From Trichormus sp. ATA11-4-KO1 (GTDB lineage Bacteria; Cyanobacteriota; Cyanobacteriia; Cyanobacteriales; Nostocaceae): 64,000 nt of DNA. Below, piece by piece: positions 21,520 to 32,029 of the stretch; the stretch's first letter is position 1; every line of letters starts with the position of its first letter. Both the position numbers and the translations under genes were made by a program. Location of the stretch: NCBI GenBank assembly GCA_019358915.1, contig JAHHIM010000001.1, positions 96,001-160,000 of the forward strand. The letters run 5' to 3'. Under the pieces are notes generated by a model. That model was not told the DNA's origin. It worked only from the letters and a program-made list of their open reading frames with translations, and searched no databases.

Positions 21520-22320
21520 TTATCTCAGTTCATCAGGATTTACTCCTAACTGACGCAACCATTCTGCTAGTTGTGCGGCTTTTCTTTTTGCTTGTTCAGC
21601 TTCCTGTTCCGCAATCATAGCCCGTTCATTAGCAGCCGCAACTTCTTCTGTAGGTTCAGGAATCAGTTCTCCTGACAAGGTAAACCACCTTAACCACAAT
21701 TTTTCAATATCCCTAAATGAACCTTGCCATAAGCCTAAACTTAAACCTATTTCTGGCATTGGCAAACGTCCATCAGTGAAAGTCATCGGTTCATAATGAC
21801 CACCGACTAATTGAAATGCCCGGAGTTCGTTGGTATAACGGCTAAAAACAATATAGTAGGGGATTCGCAAGATATTTTGATAAACTTCCCATTTACTCGG
21901 AGGTTGATTTGTGGTTTTTTGTGTGTTGCCTAAGTCTTCATCTTCTGTACCAGGAGATAATAATTCCACCACAACAAAAGGATTTGCTGGTTCTTGCCAA
22001 GTTACATAACTTAAACGTAAATCTTCACCTTTATAGAGTTTTTGTACACCGACAACGCCAAACCAATCAGGGCGTTTGTACCATAAAGGATGCTGAAGGT
22101 CATAGTAAAGATTGAGGTCAGCCGCACTATAAACTAATTCAGGATTCCAGTTGGTTGGCTGGAAAGTTAAATATAAAAGTAAGGGTTGTAAAAAATGAAA
22201 TTCGTCTGGCAAACCTGGTTCATCTGGGTTGTCACTGGGTAAATCATACATTGTGGGTAGCGTTTCCCAAGGAGGGAGCGGGGGGTCTGATTGGGGAATA
22301 TATTGAGGAGAAGAAGTCAT
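21520..22320 (-). CDS. Uma2-family endonuclease
   Basis: RPDWFGV, VVELLSPGT, ILRIPYY; coiled-coil tail. Confidence 0.92.
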   Translation of the reverse strand: MTSSPQYIPQSDPPLPPWETLPTMYDLPSDNPDEPGLPDEFHFLQPLLLYLTFQPTNWNPELVYSAADLNLYYDLQHPLWYKRPDWFGVVGVQKLYKGEDLRLSYVTWQEPANPFVVVELLSPGTEDEDLGNTQKTTNQPPSKWEVYQNILRIPYYIVFSRYTNELRAFQLVGGHYEPMTFTDGRLPMPEIGLSLGLWQGSFRDIEKLWLRWFTLSGELIPEPTEEVAAANERAMIAEQEAEQAKRKAAQLAEWLRQLGVNPDELR

Positions 22321-22434
22321 AATACAAATATTTTTAGATAAAAACCACTATTGACCAAATATCTATAATAGTAGTGAATAGCAGATTTATTACCCCAAGA
22401 AGTTGTTGATGTCACTTTTGGGGAAAAGCACAAG

Positions 22435-22610
22435 TTATTTTTTAATTTTCCCAATCATGATATTTTCTACTAGATTTCGCCATAACCTATCGGGAAGAAT
22501 AGCGTGGAGGAGTAAAAAAGCCTCACCATAAGGAGAATAACGTAATCTTCCTGAGCGATCGCTTGCTGCTTTATAAATTGTTTTTGCTACACCTTCAGGC
22601 TCAGGTACTG
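22435..22610 (-). pseudogene. C-terminal remnant of an SDR-family oxidoreductase
   Basis: Startless frame VPEPEGVAKTIYKAASDRSGRLRYSPYGEAFLLLHAILPDRLW...* resembles SDR C-termini. Confidence 0.5.
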
Positions 22611-22980
22611 TTCTAATTTGGATTGGGCGGTCGCCTTTATCATGCTTTTATATTAAAGTATAATTTTATACAATTTAAGCGAAAATGTAAAAAATTTTAT
22701 TAATAAATATTCTGTTTTAACGAAAATCAATTAATAGTTTACCTTTGGTATGATTTCAACTCTGATTTCCCTGAAAAAAATTGCCAGATTTAGCAAGTTT
22801 TTAGCTAATCTAGCAATCCTCAATTCTTAAATTTTTGGCAAAATGTCTAAATTTGTATTCCAATATGATGAAGGCGGAATATAACCACTTTCGGCGTTGC
22901 TGATTGATGGGATGAATTTGGTTTCGTGCATAGACGCGGAGCGGCTTCTCGCAGAGTAGACGCAAAGAATATACCTTTAT

Positions 22981-23133
22981 CAATACCTTAGCCAATTTAC
23001 GAGGGTGAGATGATGATGCTTTAACCATTAACTCCCATTTCTCGCTCGGCTTGGCAAAAACAATCAGCCATAAAAATTCCTTTAAGGTTTCCCACAAGGG
23101 TTTTTTAACGTATTGACAGCAGGATAAGGGTTT
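22981..23133 (-). repeat. about 150-bp dispersed repeat (MITE-like), copy 2
   Basis: Reverse complement of 5746-5898. Confidence 0.85.
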
Positions 23134-23237
23134 GGGATGACAAACTACCTTTTTATCGAAACGCTTATGTATGCTTATTTTTGCCAGTTTTGCCAAAAAT
23201 TATCAAGGCTCTTATTTTGGCTAAGGTATTGTTTATA

Positions 23238-23996
23238 TCATCCCATTTCTGGTTCAATACCTGCCGCCCGCAATTGTGCTGCTAGTCGTTCGGCGCGTTG
23301 TCTTTCTTGTTCGGCGCGTTGTCTTTCTTGCTCGGCGCGTTGTCTTTCTTGCTCTACTAATTCTGATCCCCAAAGTAGTAGATTTCCTTGTTCATCCCAC
23401 CACCTTAGCCAGTTTCCTGTGCGATTTTCCCGTGTACCTTGCCAGATGCCTAACTCAAGATTCATTTCGGTGATCCAGTAATTTTGGTTGTCATTAGGGG
23501 TTTGTAAGATGTATCGGCCTGTATTTTCATCAAGGCGATAAAATTCTAAGTTGCCGCTATCAGGAATAAAAATGGCATAGTTTGGTACTTTGAGGATGCG
23601 CTCATAAAAAAACCATTTTCCTGGGGGATAAGTAGGTTTGGCAGAATATTCTGTTCCCTCGGTATCAGATATAAATTCCATGACAATTACGGGAATGTCT
23701 CCCTGTAACTGAGGAGTGTAACTACGGATGACTTCTTCTCGATTAACGCTGATTTTGGGAATATATGCCCAGTCTGGGGCTTTGACGACAATTTTGCCAT
23801 TTAATGTAGCGCAGATGCCGTAATTGGTTGGGGTGAGGGCGGTGGTTGGGAGTTTTCCGGCGAGTTCTAAGCTTTCTGTTAATGCAGCAGCCAGGAAAGG
23901 TTGATTGATGTTGTCCACTGGATCGTCGGGTAGTTTGTAATCATCGGGTAGTTTTTCCCAAGTGATTTGGTATTTTGGGGTAACAATGGCTGTCAT
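23238..23996 (-). CDS. Uma2-family endonuclease with 21-nt tandem repeat tail (EQERQRA x3)
   Basis: KAPDWAYI, VMEFISDT, GKWFFYERILKVP; repeats at 23289-23351. Confidence 0.92.
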   Translation of the reverse strand: MTAIVTPKYQITWEKLPDDYKLPDDPVDNINQPFLAAALTESLELAGKLPTTALTPTNYGICATLNGKIVVKAPDWAYIPKISVNREEVIRSYTPQLQGDIPVIVMEFISDTEGTEYSAKPTYPPGKWFFYERILKVPNYAIFIPDSGNLEFYRLDENTGRYILQTPNDNQNYWITEMNLELGIWQGTRENRTGNWLRWWDEQGNLLLWGSELVEQERQRAEQERQRAEQERQRAERLAAQLRAAGIEPEMG

Positions 23997-24172
23997 GGCT
24001 GGTTTTCCTGGTGTGAGAGGTAGGTTTAGCCCTGTCAAGATAGATGAAAAATACCTCTAATTTGCTTGTAATTTTACTTGGTGTCTTGGTGGTTCATTGT
24101 CACCACAAAGGCACGAAGACACGAAGAAGACATAGTAATGTAGTTTATACTTTGACAGGGTTATAGGTAGGG

Positions 24173-25702
24173 TTAATCTTCGTCTTCATCTAGTTCTAAA
24201 TCGCTGGCTTCTAGGGTTTGGTGGGGGATGGCGGCGATAATTGCATCTATTACTTTGGAAACCGGTAAGATTTCGATATCATAGTCAGGGTATTTTTGTC
24301 CTTTGGGAACGATCGCCCGTTTAAATCCGAGTTTGGCTGCTTCTTTTAATCGCAGTTCCATTTGGGAAACCGATCGCACTTGTCCGCCTAAGCCGACTTC
24401 ACCAATTAATACCGTACCTGGATCAACAATGCGATCGCGGAAACTGGCAACGATGGCGATGGCAATGCCTAAATCTACCGCAGGTTCTTCTACACTCAAT
24501 CCACCCGCCGAAGCGACGTAAGAATCGAGTTTCGACATGGGAATTCCTACGCGTTTTTCTAAGACGGCGAGAATTTGCACGAGGCGGTTATAGTCTATCC
24601 CCGTACCTGCACGCCGAGGGGAAGGATAACTAGTAGGACTTACCAAAGCTTGCAACTCGACAACGATGGGGCGAGTCCCTTCGCAAGCGACGACAATAGC
24701 AGTACCTGGTGCTGGATCATCACGGTTGCCTAAAAATAATTCTGAAGGGTTGGAAACCTCTCGCAGTCCTTGTTCCACCATTTCAAAGATGCCGATTTCG
24801 TGAGTTGCCCCAAAGCGGTTTTTGACAGTTCTTAATAATCGATGAGAGGCAAAGCGATCGCCTTCAAAATACAATACTGTATCTACTAAGTGTTCTAAGA
24901 CTTTCGGCCCGGCGATCGCTCCTTCTTTGGTGACGTGTCCTACAATTAACATGGTGATGTCATCATGTTTTGCCACCTTCATCAAGGCGGCTGTACATTC
25001 CCTTACCTGAGCTACAGAACCAGGTGCAGATGTGAGTGCGGGAAAGAAGACTGTTTGAATACTGTCAATTACCGCCAGATTTGGTCTGAGAGATTCCATC
25101 TCCCTTAATATCTCTTCCAAATCTGTTTCCGGTAATACATATAAATCAGCATTTCTATTCTCTTCTGTTTGTTCTATGACCGGAGTTTCTGCGGCTTTGC
25201 CGTTCTCATTTTCCGGGATTTCTAAGGTTTTTGATACTCCCAAGCGAGAAGCACGCAATTTTACCTGTTGTCCTGATTCTTCGCCAGTTACGTAAAGAAT
25301 ACGGTATCTCTGCGCTAGCTGATTTGATACTTGTAAGAGTAAAGTAGATTTACCAATTCCCGGATCACCGCCAATCAATACCATGGAACCAGGCACAACT
25401 CCGCCACCCAGCACCCGATCCAGTTCCTCATAACCAGATCCCCAACGGGCAATTTGGCGATCGCTGATTTGAGCAAATGTCAGCGAGGCTCTGGGTTTTG
25501 CTGGTTTTCCCGCAGATTTGCCGTTATTTTGCGTTGCTTGCCAACCACTTATTCCCCCTCTACTTGGTATATCTACTGAGGACTGGATGGCAATCTGCTC
25601 TTCTAAGGAATTGTAGGTGCCGCAAGCTGGACACTTGCCAAACCATTGGGGAGATTCTGCTCCACACTCGTTACAAATGTAAAAGGTTTTAGGCTTTGCC
25701 AT
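24173..25702 (-). CDS. radA: DNA repair protein RadA/Sms
   Basis: C4 zinc finger, GGDPGIGKST, KNRFG motif. Confidence 0.98.
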   Translation of the reverse strand: MAKPKTFYICNECGAESPQWFGKCPACGTYNSLEEQIAIQSSVDIPSRGGISGWQATQNNGKSAGKPAKPRASLTFAQISDRQIARWGSGYEELDRVLGGGVVPGSMVLIGGDPGIGKSTLLLQVSNQLAQRYRILYVTGEESGQQVKLRASRLGVSKTLEIPENENGKAAETPVIEQTEENRNADLYVLPETDLEEILREMESLRPNLAVIDSIQTVFFPALTSAPGSVAQVRECTAALMKVAKHDDITMLIVGHVTKEGAIAGPKVLEHLVDTVLYFEGDRFASHRLLRTVKNRFGATHEIGIFEMVEQGLREVSNPSELFLGNRDDPAPGTAIVVACEGTRPIVVELQALVSPTSYPSPRRAGTGIDYNRLVQILAVLEKRVGIPMSKLDSYVASAGGLSVEEPAVDLGIAIAIVASFRDRIVDPGTVLIGEVGLGGQVRSVSQMELRLKEAAKLGFKRAIVPKGQKYPDYDIEILPVSKVIDAIIAAIPHQTLEASDLELDEDED

Positions 25703-25864
25703 TCTTAAAAGTTATTAAAAAATCTTAATTTTTCTTTAATTTTTTGCTCAAAACTAAAATCGAACAATAGTAAGAGTTAGAGCTTTTTTCCAATCAATTC
25801 AGGGAATGATATCTTAATATTATGGTATTAAAAATTAATCATGAAAAATTTTAGTTAAGGAGCG

Positions 25865-26602
25865 TTGAAAAACTTGGAAAGTCATAAAGAAAAAATCCTG
25901 GTGGTAGACGACGAAGCCAGCATTCGCCGGATTTTGGAAACGCGCCTTTCCATGATTGGCTACGATGTAGTGACGGCTGGCGACGGGGAGGAAGCTTTGG
26001 ACACTTTTCGCAAAGCTGAACCTGACCTGGTGGTTTTGGATGTGATGATGCCAAAGCTAGACGGCTACGGTGTGTGTCAAGAGTTACGTAAGGAATCAGA
26101 TGTTCCCATTATCATGCTAACAGCCTTGGGGGACGTTGCTGATCGCATCACTGGTCTAGAATTGGGTGCTGATGATTATGTAGTGAAACCATTTTCCCCC
26201 AAAGAGTTAGAAGCACGGATTCGCTCAGTGCTGCGCCGAGTAGATAAAACCGGGGCTTCTGGTATTCCTAGTTCTGGGGTGATCCATGTTGGTAACATCA
26301 AAATAGATACGAATAAGCGACAAGTCTACAAAGGCGATGAGCGTATTCGCTTGACGGGAATGGAGTTTAGCCTTTTAGAGTTGCTAGTCAGCCGTTCTGG
26401 AGAAGCTTTTTCCCGTTCGGAAATTTTGCAGGAGGTATGGGGTTACACACCAGAACGCCATGTAGATACTCGTGTAGTAGACGTGCATATTTCCCGTTTG
26501 CGGGCAAAGTTAGAAGATGATCCTAGTAATCCAGAATTAATTCTCACAGCCAGAGGTACTGGTTATCTATTTCAGCGAATTATAGAACCTGGGGAAGAGT
26601 AA
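25865..26602 (+). CDS. rpaB: OmpR-family response regulator RpaB (Ycf27)
   Basis: LVVDDEASIRRILETRLSMIGY; DTRVVDVHISRLRAKLEDDPSNPELILTARGTGY. Confidence 0.95.
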   Translation: MKNLESHKEKILVVDDEASIRRILETRLSMIGYDVVTAGDGEEALDTFRKAEPDLVVLDVMMPKLDGYGVCQELRKESDVPIIMLTALGDVADRITGLELGADDYVVKPFSPKELEARIRSVLRRVDKTGASGIPSSGVIHVGNIKIDTNKRQVYKGDERIRLTGMEFSLLELLVSRSGEAFSRSEILQEVWGYTPERHVDTRVVDVHISRLRAKLEDDPSNPELILTARGTGYLFQRIIEPGEE

Positions 26603-26644
26603 GGAAAGTTGTACAAAAGTCAATAGTTGTAGTCTAACAAACAA

Positions 26645-26681
26645 CTAATGACTAATAACTAATGACTAATGACCAATGACT
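26645..26681. repeat. CTAATGA heptamer tandem repeat
   Basis: About five degenerate copies. Confidence 0.75.
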
Positions 26682-27317
26682 AAACCTGATCCCAATCGAA
26701 TTTTACGGCGTCTACCCTTAGCTGTCGGTGGGTTAGGCGCTGTACTTTTGCTGATTAACCGTTTGTTGACTCCACAACTAACGGAGTCTCAAGCGCGTGG
26801 GGATGTGTTGGGTGTAATTTTAAGTGCAGTCTTAATTTTGACGGGTTTAATTTGGCAGCAAGTACAGCCGCGATCGCCTGATTCTGTAGAATTAATTGGG
26901 GAAGAAGGTTTTGTCCTAGCAGCAGATTTACCAGAAGCTGTAAAAACAGAATTAGCTTGGGCATCCCATTTATTATTGACTAATACAGTCACGCGATCGC
27001 TGGTTATTGTTTATCAAGACAAGGTTTTGTTACGTCGTGGGATTCTGGCTGCAAAATCTGAAGTCACACCAGGGCCAATATTAAAACGAGTATTAGAAAC
27101 AAAAAAGCCGATTTATTTAGTTGCTTTAAAAGTTTACCCAGGACGAATTGAATTTGATTATTTACCAGAAAATACACAAGGTGTAATTTGTCAACCAATT
27201 GGTAACCAAGGTGTGATGATTTTGGCTGCTAATGCTCCTCGCAGTTACACCAAACAAGATGAAAATTGGATTGCAGGAATTGCTGATAAATTAGCCGTTA
27301 CTCTTAAAGAGATTTAA
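26676..27317 (+). CDS. cofactor assembly of complex C subunit B (CCB2/CCB4 family)
   Basis: LLLINR..SQARGDVLG; ELAWAS; YPGRIEFDYLPENTQGVICQP. Confidence 0.85.
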   Translation: MTKPDPNRILRRLPLAVGGLGAVLLLINRLLTPQLTESQARGDVLGVILSAVLILTGLIWQQVQPRSPDSVELIGEEGFVLAADLPEAVKTELAWASHLLLTNTVTRSLVIVYQDKVLLRRGILAAKSEVTPGPILKRVLETKKPIYLVALKVYPGRIEFDYLPENTQGVICQPIGNQGVMILAANAPRSYTKQDENWIAGIADKLAVTLKEI

Positions 27318-27347
27318 TTTTATTATTGTTTATTGTTAATTCCCCAA

Positions 27348-27986
27348 ATGGTAACAACAGCACCACTGGCAGAAACAAGAACATTGCTAAAAAACATTAG
27401 CTGGCAAACATTTAAAGCCATGCTAGTAGATATGGGCACTGAACGCAACTTTCGACTGGCCTACGACAATAAAAGAGTAGAAATCATGACCCCACTCATG
27501 CCGCATGAGAACTCCAATCGCCTGATTGAAGGCTTAATTCTTGTGCTTTGTGAGGAATTTGCTTTAGAGGTTAAAACTACAGGTTCATTAACTTTGACAC
27601 GAAATGACCTAGAAAAAGCAGGAGAGCCAGATAGTAGTTATTATATTCAGAATGAATTTTTGGTAAGGGATAAAGAAAATATAGATTTAGATCAAGACCC
27701 ACCACCAGATTTAGTCCTAGAGGTAGATTACTCCAGACCCAAAATAGATAAATTATCTCTCTATGCTTCAATGGGTATCCCTGAGTTTTGGAGATATAAC
27801 GGTTCTGTATTGCGAATTTATGCTCTTTCAGGTAATCAATATTTAGAAGTTGAGCTTAGTCCTACCTTTACGCCAATTTTGGTAAAAGACATTCCCCGAT
27901 GGATACAAGAAAGTAAAAAAATTGGCCAATTAGCAGCTAAGAATGCTTTTCGCGTTTGGGTAAAACAGCAAATATTTAAAGCATAG
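27348..27986 (+). CDS. Uma2-family endonuclease
   Basis: EPDSSYYI, PPPDLVLEVD, YASMGIPEFWRY. Confidence 0.92.
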   Translation: MVTTAPLAETRTLLKNISWQTFKAMLVDMGTERNFRLAYDNKRVEIMTPLMPHENSNRLIEGLILVLCEEFALEVKTTGSLTLTRNDLEKAGEPDSSYYIQNEFLVRDKENIDLDQDPPPDLVLEVDYSRPKIDKLSLYASMGIPEFWRYNGSVLRIYALSGNQYLEVELSPTFTPILVKDIPRWIQESKKIGQLAAKNAFRVWVKQQIFKA

Positions 27987-28058
27987 TTAGGATACTTAAT
28001 AATCGATTCATACCAGAAAGTAAAGCAAGCGCCAGTTAGAAATTACGAATTATAAATT

Positions 28059-28577
28059 ATGCAACTTATTTATTGGCTACTAATTCTTGTTATGGTTGTG
28101 GGGATAATTGGTTCTGTAGTTCCTGGTATCCCTGGTAGCGGCTTAATTTTAACCTCTATTATTATCTGGGGAGTGATTAGTGGTTCCTTTGCTGCCATTA
28201 AAATCCCACTCATTGTGATCGTTATAGTTTTGTTCCTGAGTATTGGAGTTGAATTATTAGCTAGCTACTTAGGTGCAAAACATGCAGGTGCTAGCAAGTG
28301 GGGACAAATAGGCGCAATTGTCGGGTTGATATTGGGATTTTTTGGTTTACTCCCAACCTTGCCTTTTGGGGGGCCTTTGTTAGGAATTTTACTAGGGCCA
28401 CTCTTAGGAGCGATTATCGCTGAATTTCTTTACCGACGTGAACTATGGCCAGCAGTTAAGGCTGGTGTGGGAATTATCGTAGGTTCACTGATTGGAAACT
28501 TGATTCAAGGTTTGTTAGCGATCGCCGCCGTGATAATTTTTGTGATTACAACTTGGCCCCAAGTCTACGGGGCTTAA
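28059..28577 (+). CDS. DUF456 membrane protein
   Basis: VPGIPG, GAKHAGASKWG, GPLLGA motifs. Confidence 0.85.
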   Translation: MQLIYWLLILVMVVGIIGSVVPGIPGSGLILTSIIIWGVISGSFAAIKIPLIVIVIVLFLSIGVELLASYLGAKHAGASKWGQIGAIVGLILGFFGLLPTLPFGGPLLGILLGPLLGAIIAEFLYRRELWPAVKAGVGIIVGSLIGNLIQGLLAIAAVIIFVITTWPQVYGA

Positions 28578-28608
28578 AATTTGATATATTGTACTTACCC
28601 CATCCCCC

Positions 28609-28644
28609 GGAAGCCCGGTTGTTTCTTGAAGCAACTGGGCTTCC
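28609..28644. terminator. hairpin between convergent genes
   Basis: GGAAGCCCGGTTG...CAACTGGGCTTCC. Confidence 0.55.
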
Positions 28645-28718
28645 CCCCTATCTATGGCATGGTGCAAAATCTCAAACTACTTTAACTGTGCTAATACTTT
28701 AAATAGTCGCCACAAACG

Positions 28719-29585
28719 CTAACCCATAATTTCAATATCATACAACTCGCATAAGGTGCGGAGTTTTTGTTTCAGGCGATCGCGCAGACTCTCCGGCGCT
28801 ATCACTACACAATCGGGAGCATACTGCATAACTTCGCGGCTAAACCAAAAGCTACTTGATACACGTCTGATGACTCGGCGGACTCGCGGCTTATCTGGTA
28901 GCCATTCATTAATATTGTCTTCTGGTTTAGCTTGATACCCAAAAGCCAAGCCAGCAAATAAGTGCATTTCTACTTCTATTTCGTCTAATTGAGTCCGCCA
29001 CTCACCAGGAATAGAAAGCACAGCCGCCTCAGTAATTCTGTCTAAACGCAAACTCCAGTTGTGAATGAGTTCGGGAATATCAAAGTTTCCTTCTGTTTCT
29101 TCACACCAACAATCAAGATATTGCCGTTTTTCGTGCGGTTTCACTTTGGCGTGGCGCACTGTGAAATTTAATAAGCGTCCAGCTGCATCTTGATAAGAAA
29201 GCTGAAATGGTTGGTTTCGCAGAATGTAGTTATCTATCTGTAAGCGCCAAGTTGGGGGTAAATTTTCTAAGAAGCGTTCAATGTCGCTTCTCAGTGGTAT
29301 TGATAATTCGCTGCGTTCTAAAAGTAAGTTTGCAATAACTTGTGCTTGTTCGATTTGTCCAATGTCGGTTAATGCAGCAATACACCGATGTAATGCACGG
29401 ATACGGGTTTCTGACCAATTGTTATTGTTACCGATGAGTAACTTACGTTGGGCGATCGCTTCTACTAGCTTGGATATATTCGGGCGATCGCCCCACATCA
29501 TACCAAATTCTAAGGCGATCGCTTCTAATTCCGCTTTATCGCGTTCTGAAATAGAGAGAGTTATAGACTGACCTTTCCGACTCAT
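28719..29585 (-). CDS. CRISPR-associated WYL-domain transcriptional regulator
   Basis: Start MSRKGQSITLSIS (RHH-like); YLDCWC..HNWSLRLDRI WYL core; divergent from cas3'. Confidence 0.9.
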   Translation of the reverse strand: MSRKGQSITLSISERDKAELEAIALEFGMMWGDRPNISKLVEAIAQRKLLIGNNNNWSETRIRALHRCIAALTDIGQIEQAQVIANLLLERSELSIPLRSDIERFLENLPPTWRLQIDNYILRNQPFQLSYQDAAGRLLNFTVRHAKVKPHEKRQYLDCWCEETEGNFDIPELIHNWSLRLDRITEAAVLSIPGEWRTQLDEIEVEMHLFAGLAFGYQAKPEDNINEWLPDKPRVRRVIRRVSSSFWFSREVMQYAPDCVVIAPESLRDRLKQKLRTLCELYDIEIMG

Positions 29586-29590
29586 ATTTG

Positions 29591-29672
29591 TACGGACACT
29601 TTTATACGGATGTATATTGCCAACCTTTATTTTGCATGGCAATATAAGAAGTAACAACCAGTTACGGACACT
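29591..29672. promoter_or_regulatory. WYL/cas3 divergent promoter with operator-like repeats
   Basis: TACGGACACT at 29591 and 29663; 10-bp inverted repeat TATATTGCCA-N14-TGGCAATATA at 29613-29646. Confidence 0.6.
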
Positions 29673-29682
29673 ATTTAAGTGT

Positions 29683-31860
29683 ATGTCCGAAGAATACCAA
29701 ATTACACTCAAGCCTGTTTATTCACAAACCGTCCCCACACCTGACGGAGTGAAATTACCTAAAGATTGGTCACTTTCATGGCATCAATTAGCTACTTTAG
29801 AAGCTTTGCGCGATCCAAACATTGATGTAGTATTCAACACAGCCATGACAGGCGATGGTAAAAGCTTGGCTGCATATTTAGAAGTTCTCCAAGGTATATT
29901 TTCCGCTATTGGACTTTACCCAACTAATGAACTCGCTCGTGACCAAGAAACACAAATTAGAGGATATATTCAGCAATTTCAGCCGGAAGATGAGCCGCGT
30001 GTAGTTAGATTAAGTGGGGCTGATTTAGAAATTTATGCCGAAAATGAGGGGTTAAAAAAAGGGGCAGCAATTTCTACTCTCACTAGCCAAAGAGAGGCAT
30101 TATTAACTAACCCTGATATTTTTCACTATTTGCATCGAGGGGCTTATATAATTCGTGGCGATAGCCCAGACAAGTTATGGGGAAGAATCGATAAAGATTT
30201 TGACTTATTTATTTTTGATGAATTTCACGTTTTTGCTGCTCCCCAAATTGCCAGTGTAATTAACACAATGTTATTAATTCGTTGTACAAATCGCCGCAAA
30301 AAATTTCTGTTTCTCTCAGCCACACCAGATACAAATTTAATTAGCAGGTTCCAACAGGTAGGATTTCGTTGTCAAGTCATCAATCCCATTGCCCAAAATA
30401 AATATCAATTTCCTGAGACACCAGAACAAGGACAGCAACTGCAAACACAGGGCTGGCGAAAGGTAGCGCGAACAATTTCACTGAATTTTATTCCTCTAGA
30501 ACCTACTTTTAAAGCTTCGGAAACTTGGCTAAAAGAAAATAGTGATTTAATTTTGGCTCAATTTCAACAGTATCCAGGTAGTAAAGGAGCAATTATTCTC
30601 AATTCAATTGCCGCAGTCAAGCGTTTAAAGGTATTTTTTCAAGAAATTCTCCAGCCTTATGAATTAACAGTAGGAGAAAATACAGGGCTTTCTGGAAAAG
30701 GCATAAAAGAGCGAAGCCTTACGGCTGATTTAGTTATCGGCACTAGCACAATTGATGTGGGTGTTGATTTTAAAATCAATTTTCTAATTTTTGAGTCATC
30801 GGATGCAGGTAACTTTATTCAGCGTTTAGGGCGCTTAGGTAGACATGACGGCTATGAGAAAAATGGTCAAATAATTAAGTTTGAAAACTTTACAGCTTTT
30901 GCCCTTGTGCCTAACTTTTTAGTAGAACGTTTATTTCAGGTAGATGCACCACCATTAGAGGTAAATAGTATTTATGAGCGACCATCTTTTCACAATACAA
31001 TTAGCGAGAACTATCGACAAATTAATGATTTTCGCGGTTATTATCGCCGTTGGGGTGCTGTACAATCATTTTGGCTGTATTACAAATTGAGCGATCGCAC
31101 AATTAAACAACAGTATGCTCAAAGCCGAGAACAGTTTCAAAAAGCCTGTGAACAAGTATTTGAAAGCAAGCTGAATTCCATAGCCGGACGTGTTTCAGGA
31201 TGGGCGAAAGACTGGAAAGTACTATCAGGTAAATCAGGAAATCCCATCGCTGACGATGCGTCTAGTTTTCGCGGTTCTAGTCCTTTGCAATGCGGTTTAT
31301 ACGATTTAACCGAAGAGAACGAAGCCGACAGGTTTAAAACCTACGATTTACCAGGTATTTTGGGGAATTTAGAAATTGAAATGTGGACAGAGGCAGGATT
31401 TATACGGACACTTAAAGAAACCGCACAACGCACAGAACAACCCATAGCCAAAGGTAGATTTGCTCATTGTCTAGCATTTATGAAGTTGCGTTCCTACCGT
31501 GAGGAACGGCTGAACTGGAAGTTTACCTATGCTGGCGACTTACAGCTAATAGCTGATGCTTGGAAAGTTCAGGTTTTGACTGGTTTGGAAATTTGGCAAC
31601 CTGACAATCAATGGATTGGTGCAATTAACAAACGACTGAAGAAGGAAGGTTTGGTTTGTTACGTAATTCGCCGTCCTGTGTCTGAGGTGCGGATGCGGTT
31701 ACGGCTACCGATGCACTTTCAGATTTACCCCATTAGTGATCAGTATAGCTTTCATGATGTTAGTGCAAGCTGTGCGATCGCTTTTGGTCACTCTGCACTG
31801 CTGCTAGATACCCTCGCTTATACGTTTAAAAGCACAGGAGATGAGATATGGGTTGTTTAG
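29683..31860 (+). CDS. cas3: type I-D Cas3' helicase (no HD domain)
   Basis: AMTGDGKS Walker A, IFDEFH, SAT, QRLGRLGRH; start at MSEEYQITLK. Confidence 0.95.
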   Translation: MSEEYQITLKPVYSQTVPTPDGVKLPKDWSLSWHQLATLEALRDPNIDVVFNTAMTGDGKSLAAYLEVLQGIFSAIGLYPTNELARDQETQIRGYIQQFQPEDEPRVVRLSGADLEIYAENEGLKKGAAISTLTSQREALLTNPDIFHYLHRGAYIIRGDSPDKLWGRIDKDFDLFIFDEFHVFAAPQIASVINTMLLIRCTNRRKKFLFLSATPDTNLISRFQQVGFRCQVINPIAQNKYQFPETPEQGQQLQTQGWRKVARTISLNFIPLEPTFKASETWLKENSDLILAQFQQYPGSKGAIILNSIAAVKRLKVFFQEILQPYELTVGENTGLSGKGIKERSLTADLVIGTSTIDVGVDFKINFLIFESSDAGNFIQRLGRLGRHDGYEKNGQIIKFENFTAFALVPNFLVERLFQVDAPPLEVNSIYERPSFHNTISENYRQINDFRGYYRRWGAVQSFWLYYKLSDRTIKQQYAQSREQFQKACEQVFESKLNSIAGRVSGWAKDWKVLSGKSGNPIADDASSFRGSSPLQCGLYDLTEENEADRFKTYDLPGILGNLEIEMWTEAGFIRTLKETAQRTEQPIAKGRFAHCLAFMKLRSYREERLNWKFTYAGDLQLIADAWKVQVLTGLEIWQPDNQWIGAINKRLKKEGLVCYVIRRPVSEVRMRLRLPMHFQIYPISDQYSFHDVSASCAIAFGHSALLLDTLAYTFKSTGDEIWVV

Positions 31861-31861
31861 C

Positions 31862-31962
31862 GTTTCAATCCCTGATAGGGATTAATTTTGAGAAAAAGCT
31901 TACGGTTCTAAGCACAGACTTATTCGTTTCAATCCCTGATAGGGATTCATGAAGTTGTTATG
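31862..31962 (-). CRISPR. antisense mini-array: two 5'-degenerate repeats and one 27-nt spacer (crRNA-like regulatory RNA)
   Basis: AATCCCTATCAGGGATTGAAAC (3' 22-23 nt of the main repeat) ends at 31926 and 31862 on the minus strand; spacer GAATAAGTCTGTGCTTAGAACCGTAAG at 31925-31899. Confidence 0.92.
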
Positions 31963-31987
31963 TGCCTGTAAAGCTCTCTCACATAAG

Positions 31988-32017
31988 AGTATTCCATAAT
32001 CAGGTTGAATATGTCAA
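31988..32017 (-). promoter_or_regulatory. putative promoter of the mini-array
   Basis: TTGACA-N18-AATACT with TGn extension, about 25 nt upstream of the first pseudo-repeat. Confidence 0.45.
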
Positions 32018-32029
32018 TACTTAAAAATG

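Noticed and set aside
22810..23196. 128-aa ORF
   Set aside because: Reads through MITE-like repeats; the other copy has an in-frame stop (TAG near 5794)
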